A stretch of 60,744 nt of DNA from Macrostomum lignano (taxonomy: Eukaryota), in NCBI GenBank assembly GCA_002269645.1, contig NIVC01002788.1, positions 1 through 60,744 on the forward strand, in the 5' to 3' direction. This document shows, one piece after another, positions 1-11,600 of the stretch (positions within the stretch are counted from its first letter, which is position 1; the number at the start of each line of letters is the position of its first letter). Under the pieces are notes generated by a model. It was not told the DNA's origin. It saw only the letters and a list, made by a program, of their open reading frames with translations, and did not search any database. A program made the translations under genes and the position numbers.

Positions 1-173
1 ATAGCTATGCCTATTGGGATGCTTCAAAAGACCCGAGGGCCGGATAGCTATTGCCTATTGGGATGCTTCAAAAGACCGAGGCCGGATAGCTATTGCCTAT
101 TGGGATGCTTCAAAAGTCCGAGGGCCGGATAGCTATTGCCTATTGGGATGCTTCAAAAGACCGAGGGCCGGAT
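1..173. repeat. ~43-bp minisatellite, 4 copies, probably truncated by the window edge
   Basis: Unit ATAGCTATTGCCTATTGGGATGCTTCAAAAGACCGAGGGCCGG repeated directly. Confidence 0.9.
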
Positions 174-484
174 AGGGAGGCTCTGCGGGCCGCATGTAGC
201 CTGCGGACCGGAGTATTTGAAGGTTTGATTTAACCTGAAAACAAACCTACCGGATTAAAACTCTTCACTTTCTTAACACTAAATTGGAAAAACATTTCGA
301 AGTTCGGCTTTTGTAATCCGCCTGACTGACGGTGCTAAAACATGAAGCGCTTGAGACCAAACTGACGCTAATTAACTTATCAATGAACGGACCTTAGGAC
401 CAATTCAGTCCGATCAGCAGCAAATTTCGTTTCCGGAGGATTTCACTTTTTTCTTTTGTTAGAATGACTGACTCCCACCCGCAG

Positions 485-974
485 CTCCGAGGCCGAGCTG
501 TCTCGTCGCCTGCAGCCGGAGCAGCAGTTCTCAACCCAGGTCGTCCCAGTGCAACAGCACTGCCAGCCGAGCTCCCAATCGTCAAAGTTGATGCCAGGCC
601 CTGAAACTGCTTTGCCTAACTGCCACCAGCGCCGTCGGCAGCCCCAGCCTCAGCATTCTCATCCTCATCTACATCAGCAGCAGCAGCAGCACCACCACCA
701 CCATCAGCCGCTGATCGATCACCGGTTTCCAAGAAGCCCGAACTCCAGCTACCAGTTAAGCCCGGTGTCCAATCTGGAACGGCCTCCTTCGTCGCAGAGA
801 TCAAACGAGATTCTCTACAAGCACCCCAGCATCCGGAGCTCGCCATCGGGATCTGCTCTCATGACCTACTCGATGCCGCCGCCAGCTGCGCCACCGGCCC
901 CAACGGACAGCGGCGCTCGAGATGATGCAGCTACCGAGAAAGAGGCTTTAGTTGTCAAGGAGTCTGTGCTGTAG
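485..974 (+). CDS. Probable terminal coding exon of an unidentified gene (Q/H/P/S low-complexity protein)
   Basis: Acceptor-like CCCACCCGCAG ending at 484; open frame SEAELSRRLQ...QQQQQHHHHHQ...VKESVL-stop. No recognisable domain; upstream exons not identified. Confidence 0.4.
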
Positions 975-2096
975 CCTCATCAGTACAAGCAGACTTTGCA
1001 AATATTTCGTTAGTCTTCCGCTCCATTTTTTCGTGTACTTTCAGCTTCCCATTTCGTTCAGTGAGATCGGTAGCATCAGTTTTAAAGTGTCTTTGATCTT
1101 CTGTCTTTGAAAACAGGATCTCATTAAAAACTATTGAAACAGAGAATTAATTTTTTTCCAATTTCAAAATTTGGCATAAGGTGGGAATGATTCATGAATG
1201 AGTTGAGATCGCCATGGCCCTTACAGGTCATCCGTACAGTCCCACTTGGTCATGGCAATGAATGGACTTCGCAGTTCTAATTGCTTGTATTGCTTAAAGC
1301 CTCTTAAAAGAAAAGATTTTGTGATATCATGAAGAACTTCCCATTTCTATAGCTGTGGTACCGCATTATTTGTTTGCGCAAGCTCAACACATTAAGGATT
1401 TTTTGGCCTCGTGTAAACTCTGACTTGAAGTTCCGAGTTCTTTTAGCAGAATTACATCAAATTACCAGCATATTCATTAATTAATTATCCAGAATTCCAA
1501 AAATGATATTTCTAAACAGCCTTTGACAAATGCCAAGGTTTGTGCATTCAGATACAGTATATAGTTACTTCAAATGATAATTTAAAAAGAAAAGTGGCAT
1601 GGTACCTTAAAGTTGTTTTTGGAATTATTAATAGTAGCGGATACGAACGTAAGCTTGCTGAACTATAGCTAGAAATAATAATAGCTGCTAAAATTAGCAG
1701 GAACAAATATAACTTGAGCACAGTTTTAACACGAAACAATGCAACGGTTTACAAAAAAATTAAAACTTAACTTTGTATAATGCTTTCAAGATTATCTTCA
1801 TTTTTTGAATTAAAATCAAGCAGGCCTGGATAAAAACAGTAATGCGGTAAAACAAAAGTTAACATAACTGATCCTTAACGAGGAAAACGTTAAAACACGG
1901 GATAGGGGGGGGGGTCATCAAGACAATTTGCCGTTTTTCAGAAATGTTCAGTGCTTGCAGTTCAACATTTACTTATTATCATTGCAGGCCTGGTCTCGAG
2001 CCCGTAAACAGGCATTATAGGGGCAAGGTCAATATGCAAGGTATTAAAATTTACTTTGATGGGAGTCTAACTTCAACCGCTGAGCTCCTTAGCTCT

Positions 2097-2757
2097 TCAC
2101 CTGCGCTCAGCCGGCAGCCGAAGCTCGAGCCAGCCGTCCTGCTTCAGGTTGGTGGTCATCCGGCTACTGTTGAAGCCCATCGGCAGCGGCGCTTCGAATT
2201 TGACATATCGATGAAGCCGACGCCCGTCCAGCTGCCAATCGAGCCGTTTAGCGCGCACCAGCAGCCTTGCGCCGTCCTGCGTGACGCTGGCGCTGATGTC
2301 TTCGACGCCGAAGTCGCGCACGCTGACACGAATCTGCGGTGCAGTTGGAATGCAAATGGCAGTGCAGGTTTTACGACCCTCGCGATCTGACACCGATGAG
2401 ACCCAAATTACATGCTTTCATACTCTACCCAAAAGAATGGTCGAGACAATTCAACAGATAAACGTATCATCATCTTAGCCCCTCACCAGTAGAAAACGAG
2501 GTTGACCCGTCTCAGGATCCCGGATGGTCTCCATGGTGGACAGCGATGTCTGAGTTGAATGTCGATCCTCTGGGGCTCGCAATGGAGCCCGCACAATGAG
2601 CCAGCCATCTCTGGAGAATCGAGACTTCACATTTTGATTATCGGCCTCCCTGGGCAGGCACAGTGTGCGGCGAACTTCGGTGAGATCTTCGCCCAGCTGG
2701 CGCTTGGCGTGAATGCGGATTAGCCGGCCGTCGATGCAAATCTGAATGTCCTCAGGC
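2097..2757 (-). CDS. Small heat shock protein with two alpha-crystallin domains (flatworm p40/Tsp36 type); two 3' exons, N-terminal exon uncertain
   Basis: Exon 2757-2487 (RPEDIQICIDGRLIRIHAK...SRFSRDGWLIVRAP) and exon 2386-2097 (VRDFGVEDISASV...TNLKQDGWLELRLP) each show the alpha-crystallin pattern (PEDI-like start, L/F-x-x-DG-x-L end), with GT-AG boundaries. Confidence 0.8.
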
Positions 2758-3019
2758 CTGTCAAGTGGCGGGGGCGGATTCCAACTCTTCTTTTTTAATA
2801 CGGCTTGCTTGGTCTTGAATGACTTAAATCCAATAAGTGTCAAACATGTTTTGTACTTTGAAACATTTTGATCCCTTAGTCTATTTTTAGTAAATTTTCG
2901 GAACTTGCATGTGCACATTAATCAAGCAAAATAGTTTTATGGCCTTTGATACAATCCAATACATGTAAATATCCCAATTTAACAGTAGATTGTAGAACTA
3001 CAAAGGGGGGATTCACCCT

Positions 3020-3705
3020 GACAATTTTTTTGCTGCGCCGGAACGAAGCAACGCAGGCGCACGAAATTCAAGAACACTTTTTGTTGCGCTGCACCAATTC
3101 TTAAACAAAAACCAAGTTGCCAGCCCTCCGGACCGTCAAATTATTCAACCATTATGCCAACCTCTACTGCTGGACATCCTCAGCTATAGTCCATAGTCCC
3201 CTGGTGTCATTTATGTTGAAGGTGTTGACGGCGTCGGGTGATGATGGAATTCTTGAAAGACTAGCTGAGGATGCCCGGCAGTTGAGGTTTGCCCAATGTC
3301 GAGGCTTGATCACTGAAACTAGAGAAATTTGCAACAGTAGGGTGCCCTTAGTCATCTGGTGCCACCTGTTGAAGGTCCAGAAGCTCCACCTGGGTGAAAG
3401 CCAGTGACCAAAGAAGTCAAAGCTGAAGCAGACACATGTGGTCGACGTGCTGATGAAATTTGGGGGCTTGGCAAGGCTGATTGGCGCACAGGGGTGCATT
3501 GAAGCTATAGAATACTATTGAAGCTATAAGAGCGCTTATAGGAAGAATCTGACCTTCTGAGTGACAGAATTGCTGAATACCTCGACGGTCCGAAGGGCTG
3601 GTGACTTAATTATTGTTTGAGAAGGTGTGCAACAAAAATTTGGTCTGTATTCTTGAATTTCATGTACCTGCGTTTCTCCGTACCGGCGCAGCAAAATTTT
3701 TTCAT
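3020..3705. mobile_element. Decayed fold-back/MITE-like element with ~140-bp imperfect inverted repeats
   Basis: 3020-3160 (TTTTGCTGCGCCGGAACG...AAATTCAAGAA...CCAGCCCTCCGGACCGTC) matches the reverse complement of 3560-3705. No TSD identified. Confidence 0.65.
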
Positions 3706-3924
3706 AATCTTCGTTTCGTGTTTCGACGGGCGCAAAAATGGCTTTCTTTTCCTACTGTTAAGCGGTTAGACTGGACCAGCTAAAAAGAGTTTTTACTCTA
3801 GAATAACTAGCATGGTTTAGGCACTAAAATTATAAGAAACTGTCCCGCCTACGCCTCTGGTCTGGCTCAATTCGATGCTTAATTAGCTGATCTAAGAAGT
3901 ATCGTTCTGCAAGATAAGATACGA

Positions 3925-3985
3925 GAGTAAGATAAGATAATATAAATAAGATAAGATAAGATAAGATAAGATAAGATAAGATAAA
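3925..3985. repeat. (GATAA)n pentanucleotide microsatellite
   Basis: About 11 units; each junction reads AGATAAG. Confidence 0.9.
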
Positions 3986-4004
3986 TTTTCGTTTTTCAGC
4001 CTTG

Positions 4005-4015
4005 TGCGCATGCGC
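4005..4015. promoter_or_regulatory. NRF1-type palindrome TGCGCATGCGC upstream of the sHSP gene
   Basis: Exact match to the established NRF1 consensus; function is inferred only. Confidence 0.35.
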
Positions 4016-5692
4016 TCGCAGAACAGATAAATAAAAAGATATGATAAAAAATAAGATGGAGATGGAGATTTGATAAGATCTATTGTTGACTGCACATTAA
4101 ATATAAATAACTTAAAGTTATTTAAGTAAAAAAGCAAAAAAATTACCGAAAGTCCTGCAGCCGAACTGACTCGCAAAAGTACGAATTAAAGTCTTCGTCC
4201 ATACTAATTAATTGCCCCGCTTAAAAAAATCCGAGCAAAACAAACTTTAAATAATAAAAAAATAAGAACGCGGAGAAGCTGTCTAAAACCTATCGATCGA
4301 TCGACGATAAGTCCAATCGTCCTTATAAGTCTTGGGGGACTCCGTCTTGCTTTAACGAAGACTTGCCAGATTAGTTGTAAAACTTCGCCCGGTCATGGCT
4401 TTGTCTAGGGCTTGGTTGGGTAAGAAAGGAAACGCTTAGAGAGGTTCGGATCTAAGGCCTAAGGCCTCGGATCTAAGTGCTCTCATTGGCTGAGGGGAGA
4501 ATGGCCAGTTTCTCTGCCCTGCGTTGGCGTGAGTGTACATTTAACAACCCCCACCCCTCCCTCCGCTTTCCTTGATCGCTTTTGTTTTTTTCCAGTTAGA
4601 CTGTGAGAGAAGCAAAGGCAAAGTACGCAAAGAGAAGCAAAGTACGTGTAAAGGCAGAGCCAAAATGACGTTTTCTTCTGTCACTTCAGTCAGTCTGCAG
4701 TCACGTGTCTGCTGTTGTTTACGTCTCTCGTACAAATTAGTCAATTACGACACCAATTAATTGATAAGCTAGTAGGCTTTTTATTATTGGATTTTTGACA
4801 GACTAACACTCGAGTGTTGGATGTTTTTTGTACTCGCAAGTACACTGCCTGCCTCTGCAAATATATAAAAAGGGACTTAAGCTAACTATGTTAATTTCTA
4901 AGGCGGGTAAAAATTACATTAAGTGCGATAGTGGTCCCAGTCTCCGGATCCCGGATTTTGGAACTTCTATATGCTATACTAAAAGTGTGTGCACATCGTT
5001 TTTAGAGTATTCTACAACGCTAACGATTACTAATGACTGAAGAAGTTCTAAGAAGTTCTTTGAGCCGAGCGCCAGGAGAAAAAATCAACCATAGTATTTT
5101 TAAATTTCGGTATTCTTTGCGTTTTTCATTTTCGCGAACGGCCCAAGCATTGTAAGCGAAACAAAAGTGATGATAGGTTTGCTCGATTCTTGCATACCAT
5201 GCAGTTGCAGTTCGGCTGTGTATAGCCAAATGCCAATTTATCCCATTGCTCTACTTTTCCATGCGCTGCGTTCTGTTTATACAGTTCCGTCAATGCCTAC
5301 ATGCCTACATCCTATATGCTGAAACTTGAAACCATTCCCTGCTGTCAAATGGCTGGTGACGAATGGAAATATGGAAATTTCTGTTTCCATAGAAAAATTA
5401 ACAATCTGAAAATTATTGTCTGAAAACTTGGTTGAAAATATGAATTTAATCCCGAATTGTTAACTTTATTTTAATGGACGGAGAGAGAGAGGAAATTTAA
5501 TGGAATCGCTATCTAACAAAAAATATCATCACAATTAAAAAACGGTCTTATATAATAAAATAAATAACAATAAAACATGGATTAATAATCACAAAAAATT
5601 CGATAGCTAAAATCGTTCAAAAAATAGACACCACACGAGCAACAAAAAGCACAGTCGCAAAGGCCGCAGTCAGCTAGATCCGGCTCGATCTT

Positions 5693-8600
5693 CTAGGCGA
5701 TGCCGCTCAACTGGCTGAACAGCCTGCAGGCGGCAGCGTAGAGCAGGCGGTACTGCTCCAGGCTCACCCGGGCCCCGGTCTGTCTGGCGATGCCCTGCAC
5801 CAGCTCGGGCAGGGAGACCGCCGGCCTCTGCTGCTGTAAAATGGTTAATTAATAAATGCATGTATGACAGTCCTACTGGTAAACTCTTTTTCGATACATA
5901 TCGGCATGCTTAAGATATGGCTGGTGAATCGCAGGACAATCCACCGGGAAATTTTTGTGCAAGAGCCGTAAGGTCTGGACGTTTTACCACTGAGTTTCTC
6001 TGAGCAATAGCCAATGTCACCAAGTTAATGGAGCATAAAATGCTACTTGAGACTGATCCTGCCACGTGTGGATTCAGGCTTTTCTCAGGAGAGGAACAGC
6101 TGATTTGGAATTTCGGCCTCTCAAAAGGGTCTTATTGACCTAATTTCATTTGTTTCGTTTCAAAATCTTTTCAAACTTTCAACAAATATAAACACTTGCT
6201 TCCTATGTATAAAAATACTTTCCGGAGTTAAAAAAGTCAGCCCAAGGACAACTAAAGCAACGTATATACAAGACGCGACACTCAGGTTTCACGGAAAAAG
6301 TTTTGAAGGCCACTTTTCGCCGAAAAATACACTACGGAGATAGGAAGTTTTCATTTTTCAGCAAAATAAATCGTTATTGCTTTCGATAGGAGGCAGACCC
6401 AATGTTCATCTTTTGAAATGTTGTGCCTTTCTTATTGCTCTATTGATATTCATAAAGCTTTTTGTTCAGAAAATTAGGATTCTATGTTAATTTTTTATTC
6501 TACGTACATTTCCTGTAACTAAAAATCATAAAAATGCATGGCACAGCTCGAATCTTTGGTTTTATGAATATATTTTATCACTTCTGTTGCACATACTGTT
6601 ACAGTCAGCAAATAATGGCTTTAGTAGTCCTTGTGTCACCCTAGTTCTAGTCGAATACACAACAACTATGCATAAATGCACACTGCTAGTTTAGAAGGTG
6701 AGAAATTGACACAGCTAAGTGCTAAAATTGGAAAATTCCTATGCAGCCAGCGCATTTTCGAAGTGAAATTGGGCCTTTCAAAAAGCACACCAATTTTGAA
6801 GTCACACCCTCTTACGAAACCATTAGTCATCCCAATTATCCTAATAGTTATTTTTTCAATCGATTGCATAGCACTCCAACTAACAGTCTTGAAATAAGCA
6901 TGAGGAATACCAGCTTCCAAAAAAGTTTTACACAGTGCCTAAAAACACATTGGACCGAAATCCTGGCCGTGGCCTGTCAAGTCAGATCGAATTAACCTCC
7001 TAACCAGAGTAGGAAAACAAGAATTCTGTCGCCTGTGGCCTGATTAGCAATCTGCATTAATAAAATCTAGCCGTGGCTCCGGGGATTGAAGCGTATGAGG
7101 GCTGCATGGCCCCATAAATTTGGCAGCACAGCCGCTGGGGGGGGGGCAGGGGGCGTCACAACCCGAAACGAAGTGATGCGAGCTGGCAAGCAAGACCCAT
7201 TCGAGAAAGTATCGAACAGCAGCACACACAGCTCGTGGAATCCAAGGGCTGGAAGGATCCCGAAACTCGTTGCTTCTCGTGTTAGTGGAAATCGATTAAT
7301 ATCCTAGAAGCTGCTCAGTGTCCACTTGGCAGGTCAGGAATAAACCTTTTCAGAAAAAAAGTAAAAAAAGGTCGCATACTATTCTAGGTTTTGAAAATGT
7401 TATGTCATTTGGCATAATTGAGGTCTCAAATTCGAAATTCCAGAATTTCGAATCATAATGTCATAATGTAATCAAAATCATAATGTAATCAAATCAAATC
7501 AAATGTAAAATCATTGGCAAATCTAGCACTTTAAAAATTGGGACAGGAGGGTAACCCAGTTTGGAAGATAACAGAGCAAAAGTCCTAGCTACACTACTCT
7601 GTTAAGGCATACATTTCGATTTCTATTTATAAATAAAAATTCTTCCTGGGTCAGAAAGATGGTTGGCAAGAACTGTGGGCGTGAGGTGGCTGCAGAACGG
7701 AGGGTCCGGATTGGATAGGACAGGGTGTGAGGTAGCTGCAGAACGGAGGGTCCGGATTGGATAAGACAGGGTGTGAGGTAGCTGCAGAACGGAGGGTCCG
7801 GATTGGATAGGACAGGGTGTGAGGTAGCTGCAGAACGGAGGGTCTGGATTGGATAGGACAGGGTGTGAGGTAGCTGCAGAACGGAGGGTCCGGATTGGAT
7901 AGGACAGGGTGTGAGGTAGCTGCAGAACGGAGGGTCCGGATTGGATAGGACAGGGTGTGAGGTAGCTGCAGAACGGAGGGTCTGGATTGGATAGGACAGG
8001 GTGTGAGGTAGCTGCAGAACGGAGGGTCCGGATTGGATAAGACAGGGTGTGAGGTAGCTGCAGAATGGAGGGTCCGGATTGGATAGGACAGGGTGTGAGG
8101 TAGCTGCAGAATGGAGGGTCTGGATTGGATAGGACAGGGTGTGAGGTAGCTGCAGAACGGAGGGTCCGGATTGGATAAGACAGGGTGTGAGGTAGCTGCA
8201 GAACGGAGGGTCCGGATTGGATAGGACAGGGTGTGAGGTAGCTGCAGAACGGAGGGTCCGGATTGGATAGGACAGGGTGTGAGGTGGCTGCAAAACGGAG
8301 GGTCCGGATTGGATAGGACAGGGTGTGAGGTAGCTGCAGAACGGAGGGTCCGGATTGGATAGGACAGGGTGTGAGGTGGCTGCAAAACGGAGGGTCCGGA
8401 TTGGATAGGACAGGGTGTGAGGAGTGCACAGGGAATGGATGTGACTGTAGAATAGGATTTTATTGGACAAGACAGGGAGTAAGGTAAGTTCTGGGGAATG
8501 ACGTGGCTGTAGAACGGTGGGTTTTGCTTTGATAGGACAATGGGGAAGTGGGCTGGGTCAGGTCGATGCACTTACCATCGCTGCCTCGCCGTCCACATCG

Positions 8601-11600
8601 CCGTCGCTCACGCCATCAACGAGCAGCAGCGCGCCGGCCTCCAGCGAAGCCATCAGGTGGGTCAGGGCCAGGCACACGGCTGCCATACCATCAAATTTTC
8701 TTCGACCACCTGGCTGACCGACCGCCACGGTGGACACCAGTAACGGCGGCGAGTGCTGCGTCGTTGGTGTCCGGCTAACACCGCCACCGGGCAGGGCACC
8801 AGCCAGCTGCCAGGCGCAGGCGGCGGCGGCGGCTAAATCGGCGGCGGCTGCGCGCAACCGGACGCCGTCGACGGACGGCAGCGGAGTAGAGAAGTCGACG
8901 GCGAGGGGTTGGACAACAAATAGGCGGGAGGGGATTCGGCCGCCGGGCCGGCGAATGCGAAGGCAGTGGAGCGCGAAGTCGCGGTAGTTGCGGCACTCGA
9001 GGAGTTGGACGACCAGCTCGTCTGGCGGCGGGATTTGAGGTTAGTGGAGTTGAGGATTTGGAGTGACAGCTTCCAGGATACGGAGTGACAGATGCTAAGA
9101 TACGGAATGACAGGTTCTAAGATACGGAGTGACAGATGCTAAGATACGGAATGACAGATGCTAAGATACGGAGTGACAGATTGTAGGATATGGAGTGACA
9201 GATTGTCAGATGTGTAGTGATAGGTTCTTGAAGGGCAGAGATAAGTTTAAAATATCAAGGCTAAGTCAACACAGAGCATTTTAAGCATACACCAGGAAAA
9301 GTAAAACTCGCACCTTTGCCCTCGCCGTAGCCGACTTCGTCTCCGGGTCGCTGCGGCCACAAATTCACTGCATCGCTGGCTGACGCGAGCAGCCAGAGGA
9401 CCCCGCAGCCCGAGTCAGCTACCCGGCGCCAAAACTCGCGCCGTCGCTCAGCAGAGGCCGCCGGGGGCGCCAGCATCGCCGGGTAGCCCCGCTGGAGTCG
9501 TCGCTGCTGGCCGCTCAGCGTCACAGTTATCGGCCCGATGTCGTCTGCACCCGGACCAGCGTCGGCACCTTCAATGGCGGCGAAGTCGGCTTCAACCTGG
9601 GCGAACTCGGCGCCAAGTCTCGGCGCGCTGCCTGCCAGCGCTTCGAGCCGCGCCAAAGTCCGTCTGGATGCCGCCGAGGCCGACCCATCGAGCGCGTAGA
9701 CGGAGCCGGCGCTCACGCGTGGCCGGTGCAGTCCCGCGGCGTCCACGTCGTTTTGGTGCAGCTCCGACAGCGGCGCTGCGCTCAGCAGCAGGTGCCCTGC
9801 AGTCAGCGGTTGCCGCTGCTTGTCGCCTCCAGCGACGGGCGTTGACCTGTCCGACGCGGACGCCGACGCCATCGAGGCACGCCGGTCCGCGGCTGCGGCC
9901 ATCGCGATGGACGCCGCCGCAGTCGGAAGAGTAGCGTCTCCATCGTCGACAATGACGCCGGCCTCCGCCAGTTCCTCAGGCGCGAAGATGCCGCTGGACT
10001 CCATGATCGACGTGTCGGCGTCGTCCTGGGCGAGGATTGGGCATTGGATTGGAGATCGCGGGATGTGGATTGGGAACCTTTAGGATGTGGATTGGGAACC
10101 TTTGGGATGTGGATTGGGAACCTTTGGGATGTGGATTGGGAACCTTTGGGATGTGGATTGGGAACCTTTGGGATGTGGATTGGGAACCTTTGGGATGTGG
10201 ATTGGGAACCTTTGGGATGTGGATTGGGAACCTTTGGGATGTGGATTGGGAACCTTTGGGATGTGGATTGGGAACCTTTGGGATGTGGATTGGGAACCTT
10301 TGGGATGTGGATTGGGAACCTTTGGGATGTGGATTGGGAACCTTTGGGATGTGGATTGGGAACCTTTGGGATGTGGATTAGGGATAGTGGGATGTAAATT
10401 AGGGATCATGGGATCTGGATTGGGGATCATGGGATTTGGATTGGGGATCATGGGATTCGGATTGGAATCCGACGGATCTGGGATTCAGAAAAATGTCTCT
10501 GGGATTCGGGATGTCGTTTTGAATCAGATTTGAAACTTACCAAGGCATAGCTGGGTGGAGTATCAAGACAGGAGATTGCGAAGCACATTTTACTATGGGA
10601 CTATTCGTTGGGGATTAGGAATTAGGAATCAGATCGCTCACCCGGGACGTGAGGGACTCGATCTCCGTCTCCTCGGAAATCCGGTTGTCGCCGCCCGACC
10701 CGGCAGACCCAGCGAACCGCGGGTCAGGGTCAGGTCAATCTCGTCAAGGTGGTCGCACTGGCGTAGCATTTCATTCACCTGCAATGGGGCGAAGTGGAGC
10801 AATTAGAGCAATCAGCTGCCCCACCGTCCGCCTACCGAGCGCCCCAACATCCGCCTACCGAGCGCCCCACCATCCGCCCACCGTCCGTCTGCCCATCCGC
10901 CCACCGTCCGCCCCACCATCCGCCTACCGTCCGCCTACCGTCTGCCCCACCATCCGCCCACCGTCCGCCCACACACCTGTTCCATGCTCGCCCCAGCGCT
11001 CAGATCGCAGTCTCCAACCCGCAGCAGACGGTCGCCAATTCTAACAGAAGCCAGGGCGGGCGGCGCCTCCCCGTCTGCGGTCGGCAGGACAGCCAGCACG
11101 CAGACGCCGCCACTGGGCAAGTCGCCAAGCTGCAGTGGCAGCGGTCGGGAGCCGTCAGCTTCTCGCGGCAGCGGCACCAGCACTGAGTAGGCAGCCGCCG
11201 ACTGCGGCAGGTACGGCGACCTTAATTAGGCAGGTTGGGTGAACTGGGGTTGTGGGTGGATTGGGGTGGTGGGTGGATTGGGGTGGTGGGGTATTTAGGG
11301 TGGTGGGTGAATTGGTGTTGTGGGTGGATTGGGGTAATGGGTGGATTGGGGGTGGGTGGGTGAATTGGGGTGGTGGGGTATTTGTTGTGAAGGGTAAATT
11401 GGGGTGGTGGGGTATTTGAGGTGGTGGGTGAATAGGGTCGCGGGTGAAATGGGCCTAGAAAGCCTAGAAAGCCCACCTGGTCGCAATGCTGATTCCCACA
11501 CCAGTGCTGCCGTCGTCGCTGAATGAGTCGCCGGCCTCGGAGCCGGTGGCGCCGCTGACAGCCGCCGCGGCCTCCGTCTCGTCCTCCTCTAGGATCTCCT

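Noticed and set aside
180-232. GCGGGCCGCATGTAGCCTGCGGACCGG...TTTGA resembling a hAT/Charlie right end
   Set aside because: No partner TIR or TSD within the window; too degenerate to call.
3117-3499. ORFs inside the fold-back element as transposase remnants
   Set aside because: No recognisable DDE or DNA-binding motif in any frame I read.
5035-5060. AGAAGTTCTAAGAAGTTCT as a heat shock element for the sHSP gene
   Set aside because: GAA-TTC spacing is 1 and 3 nt instead of the required 2.
5930-7200. Possible DNA transposon in the last PTPN13-like intron
   Set aside because: I could not pair termini or find a TSD.
7589-8571. Long periodic ORFs (also 10037-10533, 12012-12680, 22410-23219, 34812-35517, 38373-38939, 41148-41900, 43443-44186, 47513-49159, 56535-57335)
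   Set aside because: They are stop-free translations of intronic or intergenic tandem repeats, open in several frames, with no domain content.
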